A stretch of DNA of 64,000 nucleotides from Octopus sinensis (lineage: Eukaryota), in NCBI RefSeq assembly GCF_006345805.1, contig NC_043012.1:53258001-53322000 (forward strand). Direction: 5' to 3'. Made by a program: the position numbers and the translations under genes. The notes beneath the pieces are model-generated. The model was given only the letters and a program-made list of their open reading frames with translations, ran no database searches and was not told the DNA's origin. How positions within the stretch are numbered: position 1 is the first letter of the stretch; each line of letters begins with the position of its first letter. Below are positions 27,308-41,936 of the stretch, piece after piece.

Positions 27308-29453
27308 GTGATGGTGATGAAGCTGACAAACACAAAAAAGGGGTCATAGTACCTAACAACTATGAAGAAAAAGAAGAAACAACAAAAACTTTAAAACAAC
27401 TGAAAACCCCTCTCACCACAAAAAAAAACTGGAACAGCAACGGATCATGCAAAAACGATGGCAAAAATGTCCCTTCATGGCATACATTGGGTTAAAATAA
27501 ACAGAAAAAACATAGACAGACAAAATTCCAGCAATGGCTGAGAAGCTCAGGACTGTAAGGAGAGACTGAATGATTTTAAATTGCAGCACAATATCAAAGC
27601 CTTTCCATTAGAAGTCACCAAAAACGCGTAACCAAAAGAAATACCAATAACTACAGAATATGTGGAGATGGAGAAAAAACAAAAAATCATATTGTCTCTG
27701 GCTGCCCAGTCCTGGCTAAGAAGGAATATATTTACAGACATGACAGAGTTGAGACCTACATACACTGGAAGCTACACCAATACTAAGGAATAACAACAGA
27801 AAATAGATGGTATCAACACACGTCAGAAAAGGTCACAGAAAACAAGAAAGCAACCATACTCTGGCCTATATACATACAAGTAGAGAAATTAAGGGCATTA
27901 GGACGGATATAGTTGTCAGAGATCACCAAGAAAAGATGCTTTCTAATCGATGTATCAATACCAACAGATGGTCATGTTTCTCTAAAAGAAACGGAGAAAC
28001 TTTTAAAATACAAATATCTGAAAATAAAGGTAACTCGAATAACATTCTCATAAATCCTGGAAGTGACTGTGAAAACTGGCTACGTAATCCACTCGGGACA
28101 ATTTTTATAAAAATAACCTTATCCCTTTTGTCGAGACTGGTTAAGCACAATTTAATTCTGTCTCTGTTTGCAAGACAATTATGATGCACGCAACAACACA
28201 GTTGATACAATGTAGATTCCGGAAAATGCACACACACATACCTGTATCCTTTCTTTGGAATTGGATCTCGAAGTACTTACAAGACTATAAATAGGGATTT
28301 CAAATTTTTGCCACAAGGGCAGATTTGAGAAGGGGATTAAGTCGATTACATGGAACCCAGTGCGTAACTGTCAATAATTTTATCGACTCCGAAAGGCAAA
28401 CTCGATCTTGGCGGAATTTGAACTCAGAACGTAACGGCTAACGAAATACCTATTTTTTTACTGCCCACAAGGGGCTAAAAACAGAGAGGACAAACAAGGA
28501 CAGACAACCGGATTAAGTTGATTATATCGACCCCAGTGCATAACTGGTACTTATTTAATCGACCCCGAAAGGATGAAAGGCAAAGTCGACCGCGGCGGAA
28601 TTTGAACTCAGAACGTAGCGGCAGACGAAATACCATGTGTCGATCCGTTTATTGAAGATGGCAGACTATGATTTAAAGGACATTTTGTTGCTATATGCAA
28701 CAGGTCGAGATTCAGTGTAGAGGCTCTCTTGTAGCTTTCTATGATAGTAATAAAACCATTAAGTAACATACATTCCATAAATAATTATTCCTTTACTACC
28801 CACAAGGGGCTAAACACAGAGGGGACACACAAGGACAGACAAACGGATTAGGTCGATTACATCGACCCCAGTGCGTAACTAGTACTTATTTAATCGACTC
28901 CGAAAGGATGAAAGGCAACGTCAACCTCGGCGGAATTTGAACTCAGTTCGTAGCGGCAGACGAAATACCAGTAAACATTTCGCCCGGTGTGCTAGCGATT
29001 CTGCCAGCTCGCTGCCTAAAACTAAAATATAAAAAATAACAGGTAAACACTGGGCTGAAGGACTGAAAAACTCTTCTGATTAGATCGTCTACAGAAGGTG
29101 TGGATTCGTCTCACGTGCAGCCTTCGATTTCTTCTCTCCATATATAAGTATATATATATATATATATATACACTCACATATACAACCACACAAATACGCA
29201 CACATACACACAAACACACACACATAGGGAGGTAGATAGAAAATGTGTCACCTGAAGGCGATGATGCATTATAAAAGATAAGATTCTTGCACAAATCAAG
29301 TAAGAATGAGCGAGATCACTTTTTTGACTGAAACACACACAAAAAAAAAAAACTAAAAATAACTCTTTTTAGAAATAGTAAAATAATGGACTGTTGTTCT
29401 TCATATTTTTCTCCAAAGATTCGTGAATCCTATTAAATGTTCATGATAAAAAT

Positions 29454-29493
<40 letters not shown>

Positions 29494-29496
29494 GTG

Positions 29497-29548
<52 letters not shown>

Positions 29549-29568
29549 TAATAATAATAATAATAGTG

Positions 29569-29631
<63 letters not shown>

Positions 29632-29644
29632 TAATAATAATGTG

Positions 29645-29681
<37 letters not shown>

Positions 29682-30332
29682 GGATGATGATGACACACTT
29701 ACCACCACCGCCGCCGCCGCCGCCGCCGCCGCCACCGCCGCCACCGCCACGTCGTCTTCCATAAGTGTTCGGACCTCCACTTTTTGGTGGTGATGCTAAA
29801 ATATAAAAGATCAACAAAAAATATTACAGTCAACATTGTTTGTAATACAATATAATACAGCAACGATAAAGTTCTTTTTTTTTTATTTGATTCTCGGGTT
29901 CTAGAAAAGTGCTAGACTTTAGCCTTTTATAGAAAAAAAAATGGTTACTCGTCGATGAAACCTGTACAGTGCAAAATAATCTCACAGTAAACATATAAAA
30001 GGAGAATTTTCAAAATTTCCCTAATTTAATAATAAATTATCTACCGAAAAAAACATTTATCTGCTTGATCATCTGAAGTGTTACTGGTCAATACGCGTGT
30101 ATTTTATTCAACTCCCAATGCAACAAATCTTAATTTACTTTGATACATCTATATTTTTTACAACAGAGACTATTGCAGAGACATTGCAGAGACAATGTAC
30201 AACAAAGACTATTTGGGTATTATTGAACACAGTCCTCGTGAGCGCATCACTAGCAAATGTACTGGGTTGTGGACTGTAAAACAAAGGCGATAACACACAC
30301 ACACACACACAAACGCGCATGCATATGTATTA

Positions 30333-30377
<45 letters not shown>

Positions 30378-30861
30378 ATATACATAGTATTTTTTCTTCT
30401 ACTTGTTTCAGTGATTTGACTGCTGTTATGCTGGAGCACCGCCTTTAATCGAACAAATCGATCTCTATCGGTGTCTTTTGCAACACCGTTATGTTGCGGG
30501 GACGTAAACACACCAACATCGGTTGTCAAGCGATGATGGGCAACAAACGCAGACACTAATACACAAACACACGCACATAAATATATACATATATAATATG
30601 TGTGTGTGTGTATGTAGTTTTTCTTTCAGTTTCCGTCTACCAAATCTACTCAGAAGGTCTTGGTTGGCCCAAGGCTAAAGTAGAAGACATTTGCTCCTGG
30701 TTCCACACAGTGGGACTGGACCTGGGACCATATGTTTGGGAAGGAAGCTTCTTATGACATAGCCGCTCCTATGTATATAATATATATGTATACATATATA
30801 TATATATGAATGTATATAACATGTATCTATACATATATATGTATGTATATAATACATGTGT

Positions 30862-30935
<74 letters not shown>

Positions 30936-31379
30936 CAACAACAAATACTCCCTACCCTGTTGACCAACTGAGGGTTGACCAAATCCTAGTTTGCATGCCA
31001 TTAGTTGAAAACCACCGGTCTACTGTCTTTATCTCAAACCACCTAGAGGCCTTCTCTTCTTATGAATATACGTATACAAAATTCTGAGCTTTTTTTAGTC
31101 AGTTGTATTTTTCAGTCAGTTGTCTGACGAATACTATCATATGTCTCTCTATAATAAATTATGTTCAATTTATCTGTAAGATGATATGTTTCAGACTTGG
31201 ACCAGTAGCATAGTATCACAGGAAAAGACCTGTGATGTATCAGCAGTTAAATTCGTCAGTCTTTCAGATTTGTGAGCCATTATGCATACAAACACATACG
31301 AACGCATCCTCAGAGACACTCATGCACACATATATTAGCGTATATGTGTGTGCATGACCTAATTTCATGTACATTTATA

Positions 31380-31414
<35 letters not shown>

Positions 31415-33079
31415 TACACACACACATACAAACATATATTGAAGAAGTTGCAAGAAACAACGAAAATTTTAGAAAAAATAAATAAAATAGTTAGTGGAAA
31501 TGGAACCCAGTGTGTTAATTAACAAGCCTTTAAAACAGAATGACGCACCCCAGACACAATAATATATGTGTGTGTGTGTGTTAGAGGTTATTTTAGCCAA
31601 GTCAAGGCATGGTTTTCTCGAAGAAAATATTGGTCCAATACCTAATATTTTGGGGACAATTGATTTCCTTAAAATAATAGGTTTGTATATAAACTGTAGT
31701 TTATATTCATGCAAAAAAGGAGAAGAAAATGGAAATATTGAAGTTAATTATCAGTAACAAATATTGAGTTTATTATCAGTAACAAATCGATCATTATCCC
31801 TAACAGCTGTTTCTGTTGTACACAGTGAAATAAATTAACTATCAAATTCATACTTCTGACCACAATCTCTAGAGAGTTGAGGAGAATATACCCTTAGATA
31901 TTATGTATGTATGTTTGTTTGTAGATTCAATCTGCGGTGATAAACCAGTATTTCCTTGGATGGCACCATACCTTCATGATGTGAAAATAACCGCTAACTA
32001 AATTATGTATATATATATAGGTGAGAAAGTTGGTGTGTGAAAGCACGTTGTTGGATGTATAAAAAATAGAAAAGAGTGACAAGCCTTCTGTAGTTTTTTC
32101 ACTCTTTTCTATTATGGTGTTGTTCAAACGATCAATAGCCTTCGCGTAAACCACTGGTTCATTTTGTTCTCTTACGTTATTATCATCTTATAATCATCTC
32201 ATAATAATGACCTTTATGACTCGTATTACTACCTCAGTCAATCTAAATGGATATATCTGTCACTACCTGTCATAAATAGCCTTTTTCTATTTGCAATATG
32301 CATTTTCGTTGATTTTTCATATTTTACCCCTGTATATATATATATATATATATATAGATATATATATATATATATATATTATTGTGTCGCTTTCCACTCA
32401 TTTACTTATATTATTTTTCTTAAAATTTTCTTTATTTGCAACTTTTTCAATAGTCGTTGACTCACATATATAAATATTTATGATATAAATATATATATCT
32501 TTCTTTCCTTCTTGATTGCCTGTTAATACTTTGCATGTACCACGTGCTCGCATTGTTGCTTTCTCTTGTGTTTTTTCATTAGTTTCTCTGGATTATTAAC
32601 TATATATATACATACATATATAATATATATATAATATATATATTATATATATATATATATATAATATATATATATATACATATGTATATAGGTATTTGTA
32701 TATGAATATAGATATATATGTATATGAGTGGCTGTATGGTAAGTAGCTTGCTTACGATCCACGTGGTTCCTGGTTCATATATATATGTGAATGTGTTTAT
32801 ATACGTTTGTGTGTTTGTGTTTGCACCCCAATATCGCTTGACAACCGATATCGGTGTGTTTACGTCACCGTAACATAGCGGTTCGGCAAAAGAGACCGAT
32901 CGAATAAGTACTAGGCTTACAAAGAATAAGGCCTGGGATCGATTTGCTCGACTAAAGGCGGCGCTCCAGCATGGCCACAGTCAAATGACTGAAACAAGTA
33001 AAAGAGCAAAAGAGTATATATAAAATTATACGTATCTGTATGATTATAATATATATACATATATATGTATGTATATGCA

Positions 33080-33113
<34 letters not shown>

Positions 33114-33540
33114 GGCATGTATTCGGAACTGATCGTTCCAAAAGTGTTCTTCTGTAGTAAAAACAATGTGCTTTGCGATGATGAAATCACACTTACTGGG
33201 TTTTTGTGTCGATGTATCTAATGGATCTCCAAATTCGCTCTCCGGTTTGACGACCAACATCGATGTCACTGGAGTTACAAATTTGTACTGAAAACATTAC
33301 AAAACAAAAAAAAACACATTTATTTCAATGCTAACATAATTCAGTGATATTCAGAAGTATAAAACTTGGAGTGAACACTTAATAAAATTATTAATGTGAA
33401 TAGCTACCTATAATTCTATCTATTTATTTATCTGTCTCTCTATAAATCAACCTATTAATGTAAATATCTATCTATATATCTATATATCTGTGTGTATACA
33501 TGTATGTTTGTATATATCTATCTATCTATTCGTCCATCCA

Positions 33541-33586
<46 letters not shown>

Positions 33587-33950
33587 AAAAACACAAATTG
33601 ACTAGGTAACCATATTTCACAAGGCCTTTTTGTGGTTTCCATTATAAAATTTTTACTCTCTGAACTACGTGTGTGCTTTACAACTTGTTGAAAATCATAT
33701 AGAATTACACAACACACATATATACATATAAAAACATGCACATATATAATCTGATATATTCATGCGTACATTGATACACAGATATATACATATATGCAAA
33801 TGTATATATATATATATATATATACCGTTATATATATATGTATATATATACATACATATATCTATACACATATACATATACACGTACATACGTACATATA
33901 TATATATTATATATGTTATATGCATATATATATATATGTTATCCACACAC

Positions 33951-34000
<50 letters not shown>

Positions 34001-35012
34001 ATATATATTGACGGTCTTCAGTTTCTGTCTCCATACATACATAGATGTATAAATATGTCGAGATACAAAAGCAAATAGCTTGGAAGGATGGATGAGTAGA
34101 TAACATATATAAGTACAAAGTAACTCACACATAATTTTTTTTATATTGACCAAAAATACCACTTGATGCAAAAAAAAATAATTATATATAAATAAGAAAG
34201 AAAGAAGGTAAAACGCTATCACAACGGAAATGAACTGAAGCACTATATCTTAATATATGCAGACTTAAGTGAATAAGATGAAAGCGCTGCAAGGTATTTA
34301 TATTGAAATAAAAGTCTTAAAATGTATATCTCTAAATCATTAAAATTTACATTATTTCCCATTACGTGTTTGTGTGTCTGTGAAGGCGCGTGTCTTAGTG
34401 GTTCGTGTGTATTCGGCTAACAATCGTAACGTCGTGAGTTCGATTCCCGACGGTGCATTGTGTCCCTGAACAAAGCAGTTTATTTCGCGTTGCTCCAGTC
34501 GCACTCAGCTAGCAAAAATTAGTAGTCCCTTTTTTTTACAAAACGGCCAGCCTCGTCACATTCTGTATGACGCCGAATCTCCCTGAGAACAACGTTACGG
34601 TAACACGTGTCCGTGGAGTGCAGAATGTAATGTCATGAGCAAACTGTCCCGTTGATCTTATCAGCTGCAGCTCTCGTCCTCAAGACATGTATATATATAT
34701 ATATATATGCACACAAAATTGTATATCTTCCCGAGCTTTCGGAGCTGATAAGGCTAGTTTCCCAGACTCAGGCGCGTATATGATAAATAAAATAGAGAGA
34801 TACAATTGACAATCCAATAATTTATTTATATAATGATATAACATACTATACTACGAATATAATATATGATAACATTTAAAAAATCATTAAAAAACCAAAC
34901 AGGCCAATTATTTACTTCGACTTATATACACTTTTTGATGTATAAAAATTTCAATTCACTTATCTAAGTCTCGTCGGGGCTAAGGGTTAAACATAGATAA
35001 AATAATAATAAT

Positions 35013-35068
<56 letters not shown>

Positions 35069-35240
35069 CAATGATAATAATATACCACGGAATCACCCAC
35101 CAGAGGGATTTTCTGCGTGGCTGACAACTAATAGCAGACACAGACTTCAGATACTAATCGATGCGAATAGCCATAATCTGGAGCATAACTGAGAGCCGCC
35201 ACTGTAGACTACCGGGTAATATATCCCTCCAAACTCACAC

Positions 35241-35271
<31 letters not shown>

Positions 35272-36419
35272 TGTATGTGTGTGTGTGTGTGTGTGTGTTT
35301 ATATATCATATTCTAATATATATGCAATATAATATTTGTTTCGTCAGGTGTTTCTGTTTTCTTATTGATGTACTATTTTGATCAGTCGTTTTTTTTTGTT
35401 TTTTGTTTTGTTTTCATATTGTTACTTCCGTAATATATTCACATTATATTAATGCATATAGCACTCAATCATGTTCCTTGTACATTACATTAGAATGTTT
35501 GCTGGAAGATACATGATTTATTTTCAAAACCATAATTATATTAATACTGTAGGTATAAAGAAAACTACGTATAATATAATAATGAAAAATTTGAATTTCG
35601 CAGTGTCTTTTCAAAAAACAACTTTACTGTCGAAAGTGTATATGCATATATTTATATATGTATGTATATATATGTCAATATATATGTCAATATATATATA
35701 TATATATATATATTATATCTATATATATATATATATATATATATATGTAGCATGTAGCATAATTGTAGATAGGGCAGATTCAATTCATTTCTCCGAAGAC
35801 TGAAAAAAATTATGAACAAGCTTAATCGATTTTCGAACCTTATTGGTTTCTCATCAGAGGCGTCCACAGTATTATGACAGTCTGCTGAGAAACAAGCAGC
35901 CACATTCTTTCTATACTCAAGAAATGCAGCAGTTACTCCATGAAGGTGTCGCTAATTTCCATACTGAAAGAGTTTAACACGCTGTAAATGCCAGCGGCCT
36001 GTCAACGGGTATCTTAGTTCACACAGTATCAAGGCATGATATAATAAGTTTGTAACATATGGCATAATAATAAACAAAGCAAATTTAAGCCATTCCTCCT
36101 CAGACTGAAGGAATGCATATATATATATATATGTGTGTGTGGTGTGTGTGTGTGTGTGTGTGTGTATGAGTATGTATATATATGTATATATAAAGTGAAA
36201 AGAGGAGAAGAGAGAATGAGAAAAACTTCATATATGTACACACAAAACTGATATATATATATATATATATATAATTATATATATATATTATATATATATC
36301 AGTGTTTGTGTGTACATATATTTAAGTTTTTCTCATTCTCTCTTCTTCCTCTTTTCACTTTATATATATATATGTATAATACATATGCATATATATGTGT
36401 GTGCATGTATGTATGTATG

Positions 36420-36481
<62 letters not shown>

Positions 36482-37936
36482 ATATATATATACGCACTGG
36501 CGTGGTTGTGTCATACTGCGTGTTAACTTGGCTGTCTTCTACAGTAATTTCGCACCGACGAATATCTTGTGAGTGGATCTTGTAGAATTTCGTCGATTAC
36601 ATACTTTTATATATATATGTGTGTATGTGTATGTGTGAGAGTAATTACAACCAAAGAGAACGGAGTAAATCGTTTTATTGCGTTACTTTACCATTGTGTT
36701 ATCGCAATTCTATCTCATAAGTATTGCTAGATCCCGGGCTCACCACCCCAACGAACTTGCATATATATATATATATAGTTGAAATTTATAGAAAAACAAA
36801 ACGAAGACAGGTGTTTCAACAACAAGCAAGTGTATTACTTTGACGCTCGGGAAAAATGTTTCGAGTCTAAACTCTACAACAGAAAGGAATAGGAGAAAAT
36901 AAACAGAGAGAGAGCGAAAAATCTTGTAGATTTCAGCGGTCCAGCATGGCGAATGGTGGACCGGTATGTATGTATGTATGTATGTATGTATGTATGTATG
37001 TATGTATGTATGTATGTATGTATTTGTGTGTGTGTACAGATCTGTGTATGTTTACATAAGTGTGTATGTGTGCATACAGTGCGAGAAATCAATATTTTTT
37101 TTAGAAATAGATAATCAGGCGCAGGAGTGGCTGTGTGGTAAATAGCTTGCTAACCAACCACATGGTTCCGGGTTCAGTCCCACTGCGTGGCATCTTGGGC
37201 AAGTGTCTTCTGCTATAGCCCCGGGCCGACCAATGCCTTGTGAGTGGATTTGGTAGACGGAAACTGAAAGAAGCCTGTCGTATATATGTATATATATATA
37301 AGTGTGTGTGTATATGTTTGTGTGTCTGTGTTTGCCCCACTAGCATTGCTTGACAACCGATGCTGGTGTGTTTACGTCCCCGTCACTTAGCGGGTCGGCA
37401 AAATAGACCGATAGAATAAGTACTGGGCTTACAAAGAATAAGTCCCGGGGTCGATTTGCTCGACTAAAGGCGGTGCTCCAGCATGGCCGCAGTCAAATGA
37501 CTGAAACAAGTGAAAGAGTAAAGAGTAAAGAGTATGTTGCATAGTAACAAAATTGTAACTGTGATACCTTCAAAGAAAGTTCTATTGCTCGCTGTTTCAA
37601 TTCTTCTTTTTCCTCTTCCGTAGTTGCTGCTATTCTCTTGTCTAAAAGTTGCTTAATCGTTAGGTAGGCCCACAGTTTTTCGGGAATACCCTTGATGTCT
37701 TCGTCTTTTAGCAGACCAATTCCTTCGCCTACCGCCGATGGATCGTACAGTTCTGTTTCATCCGTATGATCGATTGCTCCTGCATTTGTACTTCCAACAA
37801 GATTCCACCTGAGTGTTGATATTGAGTCATCATTTAGACGACCAGCAATTACAGATTCTGTTCCCTTGAAGTAACGACGGAACTGGCTGGTGGTCAGTGA
37901 GTCGTTCTCAACCTGAAGTTTAATAATAATAATAAC

Positions 37937-37978
<42 letters not shown>

Positions 37979-38008
37979 GATAATGATATATATATTATTA
38001 TTATTATT

Positions 38009-38045
<37 letters not shown>

Positions 38046-38067
38046 CAACAACAACAACAACAACAAC

Positions 38068-38104
<37 letters not shown>

Positions 38105-38135
38105 TAATAACAATAATAATAATAATATAATAATG

Positions 38136-38183
<48 letters not shown>

Positions 38184-40156
38184 TCTTGGTAATATTTATA
38201 GGATTGAGGTAACTCCTCCAGAACATATAGAAGCAAAAAAAGGAGACTGCTATTGTTATCAAATGAAGGATGTTTCAACATTTTCTTTTTGTGTTAGGCA
38301 CACGAGATGTCGAAATATCGTTCACTTGATAACAATGGCAATCTTCTTTTTTTTGTTAATAATAATAATATTATTATTATTATTTCATATACGCACCACA
38401 GATTTGACTGTTGGAAAAGAGAAGTTCCCAACATAGGCTTATAACAAGTAAACTTAGATGCTAATAATCCTCCTAAGCAGTCTAGCTGTCCATAATAACA
38501 TTGATATCTGGAGCTGTACTAAACTCGGTTTTATTCTTAATTCCTCTATCCATCAGTTCAAATCTTTAGGGATAGTTCCTAATGCACCTATAACTACAGG
38601 GATGCATTTTATCCGCACTTTCCATAGTCTCTGTAATTCAATGGTTAGGCCTTAGTACGTTGATATTTTCTCTATCCATCTCATATTGACTTTCTCATCA
38701 TTTCGGAATGTAAAGTCAGTAATCAGTGGATTACTCTCTTCAAGATGTCATGTTTTTTCTTGTATTCTTTGTATGCCAGCTTGCTACATTCACTTCCTAT
38801 ATGAATAACACTTTCCACTTTGATTTACATAATCTACATTCAGAATCTGACTGCTCTTGTCTATCTTGCGTTTTATCCAATTAGTCCTCAATGCTTCATA
38901 TTGTGCTGATACTAGGAAACTTACTGTCTCCCATTTCAACCTTCCTTTCTGCAAACATACCCTCGTCTTACTATCACTGTTTCCTGCAACTAACTTTGGT
39001 AATCTACTATGAACATCCTTTTCTGCCAGTTAGGTAATCTTACTTCTTTTTCTTGTTCTAACTTCAATTGCCTTTTTGTTTCCCTATGTCCTGCTGTGAC
39101 TCTAGCAGTTCTCAATAAACTTTCTCCATTTTTACCTACATAGGAAGCTATACCTACTCTAGCAAATTCCACGCAGTCTTCTACTGATATCAACTCGCTT
39201 CTAGTTTCCTTTATAGGTAAGTATAATCCGGCTATTTCCGCTCTTGAGTGGAGTCCTCCATTCATATTGAACTTCTTCCTAGTTTTTTCTCTGTAGCTCT
39301 ACTAATTCAGATTTTTCTAGCTACAAAATCTGCTGAATATAAAAGTAACGATACTACCCGAGTATTTACAGTTTTCACTAGATTCGAACTATTGAGGTTT
39401 GACTCCATTAGCTTCCTCAACCTTCTGATGTACTTCTTTCCAATTTTCGTTTTAATTTCTATAGTGACATTCTAATACGCCTAGATCATTATAACTCTTT
39501 CTTTCAGTGATTTTATTGTCTTGCTTTCTGGTAATTGGATGCTTTCATCGCTAGTACTTGTCCTTTTTATCGTGACTAATATTCCACACTTATCTATGCC
39601 AAATTCCATGCCTCTATCTTTTCTGAAGAATCTTACTCTTTATATTTAGGAATCTTTTTTATACTTACTAAAAAACTTCAGATCATCTATGTAGAACAAA
39701 TATATAATATAATATGTATATAATATAATAATAATATCGTTATTATTATAAGCATTAACCATTTCTTAAAAGCAGTAGGCTAGCACCAATGGAGTATAAA
39801 CACAGTCAGGAGTGTGTCAGAAAAAGGGTGCATTTGGGTGCTAGGCTTCTGAAATTCTAACACATGGTCGGATCAATACGTGTCACCAAAAATCTAAAGG
39901 AAATACATTTATGTTAGGAAATAAACATTTGCTCAATGTTTTTTCTCCACCTTGCTGGTGCAATGTCAAACAATTCCGACTTCACAACTGTTACCAGCTT
40001 AACTCCCACCGGACAATTGTGAAAATAAGCCTTCTGTGATGTCCATATATATATACATGAGGTTCTTTTTGCTTCTATATTTGCTACATATAGCCTACTT
40101 ATGACATCCAGATTACCACAGCAAAAGAACTTATTTATTTTAGACTTAGTTTCGAG

Positions 40157-40194
<38 letters not shown>

Positions 40195-41342
40195 ATGGAG
40201 AGAGAGAGAGGGGGGAAATTATATATCATATGTACATACATATATTATATTCATACCTGCATATATACATGACATACGTATGTATATGTATGCGTATATA
40301 TACACATACATATATATTGTATATATATATATATATACATACATATATATATATACATACATATATATATATATATACATATACACATTTTTTTCTACAT
40401 GTCATATATATTGCAAATATTTATATCATGTATATAATAAATATATTATATATACTGTAGATAATCGTATGTATATATACATACATGAACAGATACATAG
40501 TACATGTATGTACAAAGTAATATATATATATGTTTATATATATATATAGATATATATAATATATATATATATATTATATATTACACATTGACGAGATATA
40601 TTCATTTAATGTAAGTATATCTATCTATCAATATATATATATTATGTTACAAGTATATATATATATATATTAATATAGATATATAGATATGTATGTATGT
40701 ATATCTATATGTTTATGTATATGTATGCATGTATACATCAACACACACACATACACACATGCATGTACGCGTACACACAACTACACACATACGTCTCGTC
40801 ATAACTCTGTTCTCAAAGGGATATTTATAAGAACCGAAATTCTATCATAATATTAATGTGGAATTGTGTATGTAGTTAGCTATGCATACAGCATAGCCAT
40901 AATATTAAGATACATAAGAAACTGATTTATGTCGTTACACATCACTAGTATATTTTATTAATATTGTACTCCATGCATATCAGCTGTAATAGAAATACGA
41001 TCATAACTAGATGCTCTATGTATATGCCCAAGTAAAAAATTATAGGAATTTTGATGTAAACACTAAAACAGTAGCAAATTATTTCTGCATATTTAGGTGA
41101 AAATAAATGGAAATAGGATATACAAGCAAATGAAAACCGAAAGTAATAAAGTTTGTTTTTAATAAATTTGCATAATTCAATAAACAGATATTATCTAAAA
41201 AAAAACTGTGAGCACTAACATACACTCTCGCTCATATTCATCTATCCATTGATTCATATATGTATGTGTTTGTATGTCTGCGTGTGTGTGTGCGTATAGG
41301 TCTACGTATATGTATGCATAGTCTATAGATATATATAATATG

Positions 41343-41382
<40 letters not shown>

Positions 41383-41603
41383 TGAATGAATGATTATATA
41401 CTTATATACATAGATACATACATATATATATACACGCGTATATACATATACATATGTGCTTGTTTATATATACATTCATGTTTGTCTAGAAATATATGCA
41501 TATGCATATAAATATATATACGGGTACGTATACACACACATATGCACACGCACATATATACGTATGCATGTGTGTATAGTCTGTAAATATATATGTATAT
41601 ATA

Positions 41604-41641
<38 letters not shown>

Positions 41642-41785
41642 AATATAATTCACTATGGCGTGCGGCCTAGAATTTTGCCTCGAAACTGGATTTATATTAT
41701 AATATATATTATTAGATAGATAGATATCATAGATATCCCAACACACACAGCACAGACCACACAGATACACCACACATATATACAT

Positions 41786-41836
<51 letters not shown>

Positions 41837-41873
41837 ATATATTATATATATATATATATACACATATATATGC

Positions 41874-41936
<63 letters not shown>

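Noticed and set aside
30130-30285. Good-looking minus-strand acceptor (cctttgttttacag) in the linker intron
   Set aside because: The phase-1 frame reaches a stop with no suitable donor.
32235-32270. Possible alternative terminal exon SSDRYIHLD*
   Set aside because: Purine-rich acceptor context and no supporting similarity.
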